From Terriglobia bacterium (GTDB lineage: Bacteria > Acidobacteriota > Terriglobia > 20CM-2-55-15), in NCBI GenBank assembly GCA_965198225.1, contig CBDAOY010000009.1, positions 672,001 to 736,000 on the forward strand: a stretch of 64,000 bases of DNA, in the 5' to 3' direction. Positions 12,463-22,517 of the stretch are shown one piece after another. The translations under genes were made by a program, and so were the position numbers. Below the pieces are notes generated by a model that was not told the origin of the DNA, did not search any database, and worked only from the letters and a program-made list of their open reading frames with translations. How positions within the stretch are numbered: position 1 is the first letter of the stretch; every line of letters begins with the position of its first letter.

Positions 12463-13556
12463 GAAGAGAATTCTCGGATTTTGTGGATGACATAATCGAT
12501 TTCTTCTTCCTCGAGCTCGGGAAAGACAGGCAGCGCCAGGCAGGTCCTTGCGGCTTCTTCGGCGCGAGGAAAGTTGCCCTCCGAGCCGCCGACATGCGAC
12601 AGGCTCGCCTGGAGATGCAGCGGGATCGGGTAGTAGAGCCCCGTGCCGATACCGTGACCCAGGAGGAACTCCCTCAACTCGTCCCGCTGCGGGCTTCGGA
12701 TCACGTACTGATTGTAGACCGCGTGGTTGTGCCCGGAAGGAGACGGAATCGTGACGGCCCCGGTGAGCCCCTCGTCGTAGCGCCGGGCGATGTGTCGCCG
12801 TCTTTCGTTCCACTCGCGGACATACTTCAAACGGACCGACAGGGCGGCCGCCTGCAGGGAGTCCAGGCGGCTGTTGACACCCAGCTCGTTGTGCTCGTAG
12901 TCGTTCTCCAGACCGTGGGCGCGCAGCAGTCGCAGCTGTGCGGCGGCACGGTCATCGTTGGTCACGACCATTCCGGCATCCCCTATGGCAGCCAGGTTCT
13001 TCGTCGGGTAGAAGGAGAGGCATCCGCAAAAACCCATGGTGCCGGCGGGGCGGTTTCGGTGGAGGGCCCCGAAAGCCTGGGCGACATCTTCGATGATCAG
13101 AACGCCGTGATCCGCCGCGAAAGCCTGGATGCGAAGCATTTCGGCACAGTCGCCGAACAGGTGGACGACGATCACGGCCCGGGTGCGCGGCGTCACCCGC
13201 CGCCGGATTTCCTCCGGGTCGATCTGGAATGTCGCGAAATCGATGTCCGCGAAGACCACCTTCGCGCCGATCCGGACGGCCGAGGACGCGGACGAGAAAA
13301 ACGAAAAGGCCGGGACGATGACCTCGTCGCCCGGTCCGATCTTCGCCGCCATCATCGCCAGCATCAACGCGTCGGAACCGTTCGCGACCCCTACCGCGTT
13401 GCGAACGGGAAGCCATTCGGACACCTCTTCTTCCAGCTGGCTGACCGCAGGTCCGAGGATGAACCGCTGGGAGTCGATGACGCCCATGAGGGCCTCGTCC
13501 AGCTCTTCCCGAATCCGCTCTGTCTGTCTCCGGAGATCGAAGAAAGGGACTCTCAT
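12459..13556 (-). CDS. DegT/DnrJ/EryC1/StrS PLP aminotransferase
   Basis: GVANGSDAL, VHLFG, IEDVAQA, SFYPTKNL, NSRLDSLQAA. Confidence 0.93.
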   Translation of the reverse strand: MRVPFFDLRRQTERIREELDEALMGVIDSQRFILGPAVSQLEEEVSEWLPVRNAVGVANGSDALMLAMMAAKIGPGDEVIVPAFSFFSSASSAVRIGAKVVFADIDFATFQIDPEEIRRRVTPRTRAVIVVHLFGDCAEMLRIQAFAADHGVLIIEDVAQAFGALHRNRPAGTMGFCGCLSFYPTKNLAAIGDAGMVVTNDDRAAAQLRLLRAHGLENDYEHNELGVNSRLDSLQAAALSVRLKYVREWNERRRHIARRYDEGLTGAVTIPSPSGHNHAVYNQYVIRSPQRDELREFLLGHGIGTGLYYPIPLHLQASLSHVGGSEGNFPRAEEAARTCLALPVFPELEEEEIDYVIHKIREFSS

Positions 13557-13779
13557 TCGGTGGGTTGCGTGCGGTCGTGCCCAGCGACGAAATCACTGGC
13601 CTTTGCGGAGGGATGTCCCATAAGATTCATTGTTAAACGTTCCAACACCGAGAGACGTCTAAAATGGCAAGACTATTGGGTTTGGTTCGTTAAATCAACA
13701 GCCTTCGCCGGCGAGTGCTCCACGAGGGGCCGTGAGGTCGAAACACGCGGTGGGCCCGGCGCAATCAGACGGAGATAAC

Positions 13780-14667
13780 ATGTCCCGAAAATGGTTAATC
13801 ACCTTTCTGTTCAGCTTCTTGATGATTTCGGCCGTTGCCGTGCCCGAAGCGTTGGCGCAGGCAGGCGGACTTCGCGATGAACAGCCCCCGATCCCCGTCT
13901 CGGAGATCATCCAGAAATTTGCCGCCAAAGAAGCCCAGTTCCGGCTGGCTCGTGGCAACTACGTTTACCGGCAGGATGTGAAAGTCCAGGAACTGGACAG
14001 CCGCAACCGGGTCCTGGGGGAATACCACGTCGTCAGCGATATCCTCTTCGAGTCGCCGGGCCGCCGGACGGAAAAGATCGTTTATGCTCCCCAAAGCACG
14101 CTCAGGGGTATACAGATTACCCCGCAGGATCTGGAAGACATCCGCTCGATTCAGCCCTTCGTCCTGACGACTGATGACCTCCACCTCTACAACGTCAGCT
14201 ACCTGGGTAAGGAACTGATCGACGAGATCGACAACTATGTGTTCGAGGTCAGCCCGAAGGTCATCGAAGAGGGCGAGCGGTACTTCGAAGGAAAGATCTG
14301 GGTCGACGATATCGACCTGCAGATCGTCAAGACCTTCGGCAAGGCGGTTCCGGACATCATCAAGGACGGTCAGGAGAACCTGTTTCCCCGGTTCGAGACG
14401 TACCGCGAACAGATCGACGGCGTTTTCTGGTTTCCCACTTACACCCGGGCCGTGGACACGCTGAATTTCTCTTCGGGATCGAAGCGGATCCGTCAGGTCA
14501 TCAAGTACGAAGACTATAAACAGTTCGGCGCGGACGTGCAGCTGACTTTCGGTGACGAGGTCGATGAGGAAGACGCGGGAACGGACGAAGAAACCACCTC
14601 CGAGGATCCGAACAAGCCGACCGAACCCGGCGCCGCCAAAAAGAAGAAGGGGCCCGGAACGGGATAG
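13780..14667 (+). CDS. conserved hypothetical periplasmic protein (LolA/MucB-like fold possible)
   Basis: GGAG RBS, signal peptide, YFEGKIWVDD...FETYREQIDG.FWFPTYT typical of acidobacterial proteins. Confidence 0.75.
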   Translation: MSRKWLITFLFSFLMISAVAVPEALAQAGGLRDEQPPIPVSEIIQKFAAKEAQFRLARGNYVYRQDVKVQELDSRNRVLGEYHVVSDILFESPGRRTEKIVYAPQSTLRGIQITPQDLEDIRSIQPFVLTTDDLHLYNVSYLGKELIDEIDNYVFEVSPKVIEEGERYFEGKIWVDDIDLQIVKTFGKAVPDIIKDGQENLFPRFETYREQIDGVFWFPTYTRAVDTLNFSSGSKRIRQVIKYEDYKQFGADVQLTFGDEVDEEDAGTDEETTSEDPNKPTEPGAAKKKKGPGTG

Positions 14668-14809
14668 ATTCTACGAACTCGAGCACGGGCGGAACAGCGA
14701 ACCGCCCGTCCGACCTACCCCCTGTAACCTCTTCTGCCCCACCAATATTCGTCCACCTCGCCCTGTGCTAAACTGGTGACAATTCTGCTGGTTTCGCAAG
14801 GAGAAACTC

Positions 14810-15556
14810 ATGTCGGGCCATTCCAAGTGGCACAGTATCAAGCACAAGAAAGCAGCGACTGACGCCAAGCGCGGCAAGATGTTCACGAAGCTGATCAAGG
14901 AAATCACGGTCGCTGCGAGGATGGGGGGCGGAGACCCGGAGGCGAACGCCCGTCTGCGCAAGGCCATCAGCGACGCCAAGGGGATGAACATGCCCGCCGA
15001 CAACATCAAACGTGCGGTCATGAAGGGCACGGGAGAACTCGCCGGCAGCTCGATCGAAGAGATCTCATACGAAGGATACGGGCCCGGTGGCGTTGCGGTC
15101 ATGGTCGAGGTGCTGACCGATAATCGGAACAGGACAGTGAGCGAGCTTCGCCACGTCTTCGACAAGTACGGCGGGAACCTGGGTGAGAACGGCTGTGTCG
15201 CGTGGATGTTTACGAAGCGGGGTTACATCCTCATCCCGACCCAGGGACTCGGCGAAGACGACGCGATGAACGTTGCGATCGAAGCCGGGGCGGACGACTT
15301 TTCGACTCAAGGCGAAAATTACGAAATCATGACTGCGCCGGAGTCATTCGATGGCGTTCTTGCTGAGCTGAAAGGGAAGGGCCTCGAGCCGACGACGGCG
15401 GAGGTCTCGATGGTGCCGCAGAACTACGTCAAGCTCGAAGGCAGGCCCGCCCAGCAGATGATCAAGCTGATGGATGCCCTCGAAGATCACGACGACGTGC
15501 AGAACGTACACGCGAACTTCGACATCGAAGAGTCGGAATTGGCCGGGGTGATCTAA
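14810..15556 (+). CDS. yebC: YebC/PmpR family protein
   Basis: [38 protein letters not shown]. Confidence 0.96.
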   Translation: MSGHSKWHSIKHKKAATDAKRGKMFTKLIKEITVAARMGGGDPEANARLRKAISDAKGMNMPADNIKRAVMKGTGELAGSSIEEISYEGYGPGGVAVMVEVLTDNRNRTVSELRHVFDKYGGNLGENGCVAWMFTKRGYILIPTQGLGEDDAMNVAIEAGADDFSTQGENYEIMTAPESFDGVLAELKGKGLEPTTAEVSMVPQNYVKLEGRPAQQMIKLMDALEDHDDVQNVHANFDIEESELAGVI

Positions 15557-15600
15557 ACCGATCCGGCAGTGCCGGCACCCTCCCCGGGGACAAACGGGAA

Positions 15601-16098
15601 ATGCGGATTCTTGGAGTGGATTGCGGTTCGAGGGTGACCGGATACGGGGTCATCGAAACCAAGGGTGCCGACTACGGCTTCGTCGACTGCGGGGCGATCC
15701 GCCTGCGTGCTTCCGCCTCTCTGGCCGAACGGCTGCGAACGATCCACCGATCGCTCGCTGAGGTGATCCAGAAGCAGTCGCCGGACGTCGTCGCGTTCGA
15801 GAGCGTGTTTCACGCCGCAAATGCCCAGAGCGCTCTGAAGCTGGGGCATGTCCGAGGAGTTTCGATGTTTACCGCCGCTGCAGCCGACCTGCCCGTGTTC
15901 GAGTATTCGGCGCTGGAGGTCAAGAGCGCCGTGACCGGCTACGGCCGGGCTGAGAAATCACAGGTGCAGCAGATGGTCCGGTCTCTACTCCGGCTGCGCG
16001 ATGCGCCGGAACCCCACGACGCGTCCGACGCGCTCGCCGTGGCGATATGCCACGCTCAGAGCTACAGATACGAGCAGGCGACGGCGGCCCATGAGTAA
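15601..16098 (+). CDS. ruvC: Holliday junction resolvase RuvC
   Basis: ILGVDCGSRVTGYG, VKSAVTGYGRAEK, DASDALAVAICH; follows yebC. Confidence 0.95.
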   Translation: MRILGVDCGSRVTGYGVIETKGADYGFVDCGAIRLRASASLAERLRTIHRSLAEVIQKQSPDVVAFESVFHAANAQSALKLGHVRGVSMFTAAAADLPVFEYSALEVKSAVTGYGRAEKSQVQQMVRSLLRLRDAPEPHDASDALAVAICHAQSYRYEQATAAHE

Positions 16099-16708
16099 CG
16101 TTTTCATAGCTCTCTTATTTCTCCTGCCCCAGAGTAATTTCGCAACTTTCAGCTATTGTGTCGAGAATCGAGGTCCCTGGGAACTCCAGTGTTTTGAGCT
16201 CGATCCGGCGGGTAAAGGAACCTTCAAGTTCATCCCGCGAGATGCCGATCTAATAGAAGTAGGGGTCGAGCTGTCGAGGGACATCGCCGCGGAGTTCGCC
16301 GAATTGCTTGCTGATACCGACTACCTTGCCGAAGGATCGGACTACGAGTCGGGCCGCAACGTGGCAAACCTCGGGGCGAAGAAGTTGACGCTCACCGGTC
16401 CGACCGGAGTGCGGGAAGCGGAATTCAACTTCTCGACGCGCCGCGAGGTAACGAAGCTCGCATCGTTCTTCGACCGATTGATCGCCCAGGAACTGCTCAT
16501 GTTCGACATCGACGTGGCGCTCCAGTTCGACCGCCTCTCGATTCCGAAGAAGCTCGAGCAGATCGAGAAGGACCTGCGAGCCAGACGAGTCGCCGACGCG
16601 AAGCGGCTGATTCCGGTGCTCGACCGGATCGCGAGCGACCGCAGGCTCGTGAATTTCGCACGACAGACGGCCACCCGTCTGAAGAGGCAGATCGAAGGAA
16701 ACCATTGA
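16091..16708 (+). CDS. hypothetical protein
   Basis: ATG overlaps the end of ruvC; hydrophobic N-terminus. Confidence 0.7.
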   Translation: MSNVFIALLFLLPQSNFATFSYCVENRGPWELQCFELDPAGKGTFKFIPRDADLIEVGVELSRDIAAEFAELLADTDYLAEGSDYESGRNVANLGAKKLTLTGPTGVREAEFNFSTRREVTKLASFFDRLIAQELLMFDIDVALQFDRLSIPKKLEQIEKDLRARRVADAKRLIPVLDRIASDRRLVNFARQTATRLKRQIEGNH

Positions 16709-17373
16709 GACTCATGATTCGATTCATCACGCTGGCAATTGCCTTGCTCTTGCCCGCATCCGGCTACTCCCAGATGTTTCCGTCGATCGTTGCCCGTGGC
16801 GCTGCCGTGGAGATTGAACGCTCCGATGGCGTCGCCGAGTCTCCTGGTGCGACCCTCGGCGAGGGAGATTCCGTCCGGACCGGATCGGCGTCTTTTGCGG
16901 TGGTCGCGTTTGAGGATGGTTCCCGGGTCACGCTCGGGGAGCGTTCGTCGGTGACGATCAGCGCGCTGGGTGGGATGGACGTGATGACGGCCGTCAGACT
17001 CGACAGTGGCTCTTTGCGCGCGCGGTCGGGCCTTGGCGCGGTCCGAATCGAGACACCCGCCGGAGACTTTACGCTTTCGGAGTTGCCGGCTGAAGCGGAG
17101 TTCGGCCTGGAGGGGGACAAGGTAACCGTTTACGTGGCTTCCGGCGCGCTCGAACCAGCCAACGTGGAACCGTCGTCGCTCGTGTTCCGCGGAAACAAGG
17201 CCCGCGCGGCCCGCATATACCGTGCCGGTTCCCTGGAAGGCTACATGTCGCCTCCCTTCGTGTATCCATCGGACTGGATTACGCCCGAGATATACGTCAC
17301 CGACCCACAATCTGGCTTCGAGATCAGCGTCGATCCGTCTGCCGCGGTAAACCCTCCCCCGGACCCACAGTAA
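16705..17373 (+). CDS. FecR-domain secreted protein
   Basis: LGEGDSVRTGSASFAVVAFEDGSRVTLGERS, IETPAG. Confidence 0.75.
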   Translation: MRLMIRFITLAIALLLPASGYSQMFPSIVARGAAVEIERSDGVAESPGATLGEGDSVRTGSASFAVVAFEDGSRVTLGERSSVTISALGGMDVMTAVRLDSGSLRARSGLGAVRIETPAGDFTLSELPAEAEFGLEGDKVTVYVASGALEPANVEPSSLVFRGNKARAARIYRAGSLEGYMSPPFVYPSDWITPEIYVTDPQSGFEISVDPSAAVNPPPDPQ

Positions 17374-17434
17374 CCACTCGTCACCGATACACCTTTCTAA
17401 TTAAGACATTCCGACAGACCGACAAGTGGGGATC

Positions 17435-17516
17435 TTCAACACGAAGGAACGAAGCTAACGAAGGAACACGAAGATCCCTATTTCTTTCTCCGTGTTCTTC
17501 GTGTCTTCGTGTTGAA
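17435..17516. repeat. intergenic palindrome with arms of tandem ACGAAG-containing 8-10-mers
   Basis: TTCAACACGAAG-GAACGAAG-CTAACGAAG-GAACACGAAG ... CTCCGTGTT-CTTCGTGT-CTTCGTGTTGAA between convergent genes. Confidence 0.8.
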
Positions 17517-17573
17517 AAATAGAATTACGAGTTACCGTAACTTAGCGGGTCAAGGAGATCGGTTCGCATGTGA

Positions 17574-18383
17574 TCAGGAAACGATCACGCCTGCGTAGCC
17601 GACCACACGTTCACGATCGCCGAAGATGTCGCCCGAGGTGGCGTATTTCACCAACTCGGCCTCCGTCGCGCCCAGTTGGTTCGCCGCGATCAACATCGAC
17701 GTGGCCGGCGCGAAACCGCACATGGAAATCTGTTCGCGTCTGACAACTTCATGGAGTTCCTCCGCATCACGCGCGAGCATCTGCTCGATTGCTTTCCGAT
17801 CCTTGACTCGTGTGATCGCGTCGGACTCGTAGTGGTTCATGTCGCTGGACGCAACGATGAGAACTTCCTCGCCTGACTGTTCTACCGCCTCCCCCATCGC
17901 ATCCCCAAGCCGTCTGAGCGTGCCGATGTCTGAAGTCCCGACAGTAATGGGCACGAATCGGGTCTCGCCGGGGGCGAGGAATTGAAGGAAAGGCAGCTGG
18001 ACTTCGAGTGCGTGTTCGAATTCGTGCGCAGCGTGGTCCTCGCGAAGTTCCGGATTCAGTGAGCAGAGCAACCCCGCCAGGGGTGAATCGATCGGGACGT
18101 CGCCCAGGGGCGTTTGCCACGCGCCCTCGCTCATGATCGACAGCGGCGTGCCCCGCCTGGTGTGGTTCGGGCAGAGGATGATGTATCGAGCCGGCAGCTG
18201 CAACCGCGAATACACCGCTCCCGCAACGTGACCCGAATAAACGTACCCGGCGTGGGGAACGACGATCCCCTGGGCCGTCAGGCGATCTGAGGACTCGTTG
18301 ATAAAACCCCGAACCGCTTCCTCGAGGGCGTTCGGATCCGCCGGATAGAACTGCCCGGCGACCGCTGGAGTCCGTGTATACAT
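17574..18383 (-). CDS. amrB: AmmeMemoRadiSam system protein B (MEMO1 family)
   Basis: PAVAGQFYP, PHAGYVYSG, EHALEVQLPFLQ, ASSDMNHY, VVGYAG. Confidence 0.93.
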   Translation of the reverse strand: MYTRTPAVAGQFYPADPNALEEAVRGFINESSDRLTAQGIVVPHAGYVYSGHVAGAVYSRLQLPARYIILCPNHTRRGTPLSIMSEGAWQTPLGDVPIDSPLAGLLCSLNPELREDHAAHEFEHALEVQLPFLQFLAPGETRFVPITVGTSDIGTLRRLGDAMGEAVEQSGEEVLIVASSDMNHYESDAITRVKDRKAIEQMLARDAEELHEVVRREQISMCGFAPATSMLIAANQLGATEAELVKYATSGDIFGDRERVVGYAGVIVS

Positions 18384-18403
18384 GCTCCTCTCGTTGGTCC
18401 GAA

Positions 18404-18438
18404 ACCGACTGACTACCGACTACTGACTACCGGCAACT
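18404..18438. repeat. heptamer (GACTACY) tandem array
   Basis: ACCGACT-GACTACC-GACTACT-GACTACC-GGCAACT; inverted relative to the array at 19462-19489. Confidence 0.8.
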
Positions 18439-18471
18439 CCGTTTCAATCATTATGTTACAATCTCGCGCCG

Positions 18472-19458
18472 ATGAAAATTCTATCGACCTGCTTCCACTC
18501 TGAATTCCCTGCCTGGACCATGCCGGAGTGGTGCGTCGAGGAAGTGGTCGAGGCCTTCCCGGACATCGAATTCGTGCGGCTGACTTCCGCGGAACGGATC
18601 CCGGACGAGATCGTCGATGCCGACGTCCTCATGACTTGGATGGTCGATGAGGAGGCGTTCCGTTCAGCGCGCAAACTCAAGTGGATCCACACCGGGATGG
18701 CGGGCCTGACCTTTATCTTGATTCCTCCCGTCGTTGACAGCGACGTTGTCGTCTCGAATTCAAAGGGTGTCCATCCGCCCATCATGGGCGAGCACGCGAT
18801 GGGGTTGATGCTCGCTCTTTCGCGACGACTGCACGACTGTATGGATTTTCAGCGCAAAGCTATCTGGGGACGCGGCGAAATCTTCGGTCGTGTTCCGTCG
18901 TTTGAGGGGCTGAGTGGCAAGACAGTGGGCGTGGTTGGCTTCGGAGCGATCGGAGTCGAGGTGGCCCGCCGGGCGCGCAGCTTCGACATGCGGGTGATCG
19001 GTTTCAAGAGAGATACCAGGGAAGCTTCGGAACTGGCTGATGCTGTATACACGCCGGATGAGCTCGATAGCCACCTGTCTGAAATCGACTATCTGGTCAT
19101 TGCCGCTCCACTGACCGATGAAACCGAGGACATGATCGGAGCCCGCCAGTTCGAGCGGATGAAGCCGACTTCCTTTCTGATCAACCTGGCCCGCGGCGAG
19201 CTCGTCGATCAGGACGCCCTGATCGCCGCCCTGGAGAGTGAGCAGATTGCGGGAGCCGGTCTCGACGTCTTCGTACCGGACCCCCTTCCCGACGGCCATC
19301 CCCTCTTCACGACGAAGAACCTCATCCTGACCCCACACGTGGCGGGTACCTCCCCGGAAATGTGGCGCCGCATCGTCGACATGTTCATCGACAATATCGG
19401 ACGTTTCCGCGAGGGGCGCGGATTGATCAATCAGGTTGACAAGGTGAGGGGGTATTGA
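18472..19458 (+). CDS. D-2-hydroxyacid dehydrogenase (NAD-binding)
   Basis: GFGAIG, INLARGELVD, GAGLDVF, LTPHVAG. Confidence 0.93.
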   Translation: MKILSTCFHSEFPAWTMPEWCVEEVVEAFPDIEFVRLTSAERIPDEIVDADVLMTWMVDEEAFRSARKLKWIHTGMAGLTFILIPPVVDSDVVVSNSKGVHPPIMGEHAMGLMLALSRRLHDCMDFQRKAIWGRGEIFGRVPSFEGLSGKTVGVVGFGAIGVEVARRARSFDMRVIGFKRDTREASELADAVYTPDELDSHLSEIDYLVIAAPLTDETEDMIGARQFERMKPTSFLINLARGELVDQDALIAALESEQIAGAGLDVFVPDPLPDGHPLFTTKNLILTPHVAGTSPEMWRRIVDMFIDNIGRFREGRGLINQVDKVRGY

Positions 19459-19488
19459 GGAAGTAGTCAGTTGCCAGTAGTCAGTAGT

Positions 19489-19652
19489 CTGAGCACTAAA
19501 CTGGGTTTCTGCCGGCCAGAAGAGGTCCGTGACATCTTTGATTCGGTACAGGAACTAAGAAAGATGCTGGCAGGACTGCGCAGAGCCTTGTCGGAGAACG
19601 AACTCCCCGAACTGACTACCGACGACTGACTACCGAACGAACAAGGCAGTGA
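19489..19652 (+). pseudogene. C-terminal remnant of a four-helix-bundle protein (23S rRNA IVP / TIGR02436-like)
   Basis: Reads LSTKLGFCRPEEVRDIFDSVQELRKMLAGLRRAL, matching the family C-terminal pattern (LGY...E...KML.GL..SL); flanked by AGTAGTC (19462-19489) and CTGACTA arrays. Confidence 0.65.
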
Positions 19653-19758
19653 TTCGGTACAGGAACTAAGAAAGACTGGCAGGACTGCGCAGAGCCTTGT
19701 CGGAGAACGAACTCCCCAACTGACTACCGACGACTGACTACCGAACGAACAAGGCAGT
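19540..19758 (+). repeat. about 110-bp imperfect tandem duplication including CTGACTACCG arrays
   Basis: GATTCGGTACAGGAACTAAG...AACAAGGCAGT at about 19540-19650 and 19651-19758; the second copy has two small deletions. Confidence 0.9.
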
Positions 19759-19766
19759 TCGACTGC

Positions 19767-20813
19767 CTAGTTCGTTCTCGCGTAATACCCCTTCTTGTGC
19801 CGCACTTTCAACTTGTCCGGCTTGCCGTCGCCGTTGACGTCCAGGCGGGGAACTTCGACTTTGATCTTGTGCAGCTTTCCGTCCTTTTCCTGGTTGGTCG
19901 GCACAAAAGCAAGGCTGTACTGGTTGCGCATGTTGGCGCTGACTGTTTCGTAGATGCCGCGGTATTCGCCCTGGAATCTCGGGAAGAAGTAGGTGCCGCC
20001 GCTGGCGTTGGCGAGTGAACGAAGGACATTCTCGGCCTGCAGAAACGATATTCTCGCCAGGCCGCCCATTCGGTCTTCATACATGGTTCGGAACAACTGG
20101 GCCATCCCTACCGAATAGATCATCGTGTCGGAGCCCTCGGCCATCCTGAGGACCTCGCCGTAGTTGTGCTTGCTGATCGTGTCGAAGCCCGTACTCAGGA
20201 GGAAGATCGCCTTTTTCCCGTCGATGTTCTCCATGCGCTCCAGCGTGAACGCGACAGCGTCATAGAGTGAAGTCTCGCGATAGGCCGGGTACCGCAGACG
20301 GCGAAGTCCGCCGAAGAGCTCGTCCCGATTCTGGGTGAAGTCGGCCAGAATCTCCGGACGGATGTCGTAGGCGACGACCGCGGCCCAGTCATCCTCTCGC
20401 AGGGAGTTGATGAAACCGGCGGCGGGGCGAACGACATCGTCGTAGTAGTAGCCGAACGTGTCGCCGAATTCGATCAGCAGAACGACCGTCATCGGGGCAT
20501 CGGTCGGGCTGAAGTTCGTGATCGTCTGCTCGACCTTGTCCTCGGTGATCGTGAAGTGTTCTTTCACGAGACCTGAAACCGGGTTTCCCCGTCCGTCGGT
20601 GACGACGACGTCGAATTGCACCAGGTCGACGTCGATCGACAAGGCAAACTGATCGTCCTCACCCAGTTCGCGCGGTGGCGTCTTGTCTTCCTCCTCGGAA
20701 ATCGGAGGCAGCGGGACGTTCCTGCCCACGGTCTTCTTCGGGCCCTGGGCCACGGAGAAGCCGACTGCCAGCAGAATCAGCGCGACGGCTGCAGCGAGTC
20801 GTTTCGGTTTCAT
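19767..20813 (-). CDS. VWA domain protein (acidobacterial VWFA-related)
   Basis: Signal peptide, VDLVQFDVVVTD, TSLYDAV, KKAIFLLSTGFDT, MRNQYSLAFVPTN..DGK. Confidence 0.9.
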   Translation of the reverse strand: MKPKRLAAAVALILLAVGFSVAQGPKKTVGRNVPLPPISEEEDKTPPRELGEDDQFALSIDVDLVQFDVVVTDGRGNPVSGLVKEHFTITEDKVEQTITNFSPTDAPMTVVLLIEFGDTFGYYYDDVVRPAAGFINSLREDDWAAVVAYDIRPEILADFTQNRDELFGGLRRLRYPAYRETSLYDAVAFTLERMENIDGKKAIFLLSTGFDTISKHNYGEVLRMAEGSDTMIYSVGMAQLFRTMYEDRMGGLARISFLQAENVLRSLANASGGTYFFPRFQGEYRGIYETVSANMRNQYSLAFVPTNQEKDGKLHKIKVEVPRLDVNGDGKPDKLKVRHKKGYYARTN

Positions 20814-21023
20814 GTTTCCTCTCCTGCGGGATTGCGCGATAGATATTGAACAGCCTACCTGACCGCAGCCAGTGTCGCAAGTTCTACCGGCCTGATTTTT
20901 GAACCGCTTAAGACCCGCTGCCATATTGGACGGCCCTGGAATTGATTCGTTGAATCGGCGTCTGAAATCCAACATCATTATTTGTTGGACAAAGCCCCAA
21001 ACTCTTAACTGACAGGTAATGCT

Positions 21024-22208
21024 ATGAAATCCGTTTATATCGCGTCTGCCCAGCGGACACCGATCGGGAGATTCGGTGGCACCCTGGCCGGAATGACCGC
21101 AGTGGATCTGGGAATCGTCGCCACTCGTGCGGCGCTCGAGAAGGCAGGCATCGAGGCCTCCGACGTCGAGGAGGTGATCATCGGGCAGGCCCGCCAGGCC
21201 GGCAACGGCCCCAACCCAGCCAGACAGATCGGCATTCGTTCCGGCATTCCGGCCGAAGTGCCCGCCTACACGGTAAACCAGGCCTGCGGCTCGGGCCTGA
21301 AGTCGATCATCCTGGGCTACCAGGAAATCATGCTCGGAAACGCCGGTATCATCGTTGCAGGCGGCACGGAGTCGATGAGCCGCGTGCCCTACCTTGTCGA
21401 GAATGCGCGCTGGGGTCTGCGGTTGGGTCACCAGGAATTCGTCGACGGCATGTACCGTGATGGATTCATGTGTCCACTGGCCGACATGGTGATGGGAGGG
21501 ACGGCCGAGAAGCTCGCCGAAATCCATGAAATTTCGAGAGCAGAGCAGGACGAGTTCGCGCTCCGAAGCCAGAGCCGAGCCGGTGAGGCGCGCCAATCGG
21601 GACGCTTCGGCGACGAAATCGCGCCGGTAACGGTCCCGAGGAAGCGAGGCGAGACCCTGCTGTTCGAGGCCGACGAGCACATTCGCGCCGACGCGAGTGT
21701 TGAAGGCATGTCGAAACTGAAGCCGGTCTTCTCGAAGGAAGGAACCGTGACGGCCGCGAACTCCTCCGGAATTACCGATGGCGCAGCCGCAACCGTTCTC
21801 GTGTCCGAAGAGGAAATGAAGAAGCGCGACCTCGAACCGCTGGCACGGATCGTCGACTACGCCATCGCCGGTGTCGACCCGAAGATCATGGGGATCGGTC
21901 CCGTTCCGGCGATCCACAAACTGCTGGCGAAGACCGGCATGTCACTGGACGGCTTCGACCTGGTCGAGCTCAACGAGGCCTTCGCCGCCCAGGTCCTGGC
22001 CTGCCTGCGCGAGGTGGCAGTCGATTCTGAGAAACTGAACGTCAACGGCGGCGCCATCGCGCTCGGTCACCCGATCGGCTGTACCGGAACCCGGATCACG
22101 ACCACGCTTCTCCACGAAATGCGACGCAGAGACGCGCGTTACGGATTGGCGACTCTCTGTATCAGCGGTGGAATGGGAATCGCTCTGGCGATCGAGAGCG
22201 TCAATTAA
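21024..22208 (+). CDS. acetyl-CoA C-acyltransferase (thiolase)
   Basis: [34 protein letters not shown]. Confidence 0.95.
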   Translation: MKSVYIASAQRTPIGRFGGTLAGMTAVDLGIVATRAALEKAGIEASDVEEVIIGQARQAGNGPNPARQIGIRSGIPAEVPAYTVNQACGSGLKSIILGYQEIMLGNAGIIVAGGTESMSRVPYLVENARWGLRLGHQEFVDGMYRDGFMCPLADMVMGGTAEKLAEIHEISRAEQDEFALRSQSRAGEARQSGRFGDEIAPVTVPRKRGETLLFEADEHIRADASVEGMSKLKPVFSKEGTVTAANSSGITDGAAATVLVSEEEMKKRDLEPLARIVDYAIAGVDPKIMGIGPVPAIHKLLAKTGMSLDGFDLVELNEAFAAQVLACLREVAVDSEKLNVNGGAIALGHPIGCTGTRITTTLLHEMRRRDARYGLATLCISGGMGIALAIESVN

Positions 22209-22267
22209 GGCCTCCGTTTTCTCCAGGAGCAGGAAGAGTTTTGCTTGAAGTGTAAAGATTCGATAAA

Positions 22268-22377
22268 GATGGCATGTCCGGCCGCCAGGAGCAAGAACCC
22301 ACTCGTAATCACCAGGTTGAAGGATTCGATTCCTTAAGGGCTGGTTCGAGGACCAGGACACCGGCGCGATCGCCATC
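22268..22377. ncRNA. candidate structured RNA (long irregular hairpin), unclassified
   Basis: Nested pairings GATGGC/GCCATC, CCGG/CCGG, GAACC/GGTTC and an apical AAGGA-TTCGAT-TCCTT hairpin in an intergenic gap. Confidence 0.3.
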
Positions 22378-22517
22378 CCCAAATACCGCCCCGTGTCGGG
22401 AAACGGGTGCGGATTCTGCTTGCTCAACCCGCCGTATAGTGATAGAAACGCAGAACATCCCGGAGTTTGTCCGCAATCGTGTAAGAAGCCCTGAATCTGA
22501 GGGAGGCCGATCTAATA

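Noticed and set aside
19540-19758. CRISPR-like repetition
   Set aside because: Two adjacent copies with no unique spacers; no cas genes in the window
19767-21917. 716-aa minus-strand ORF
   Set aside because: The real gene starts at 20813 (MKPKRL, with RBS); the extension is antisense to the thiolase
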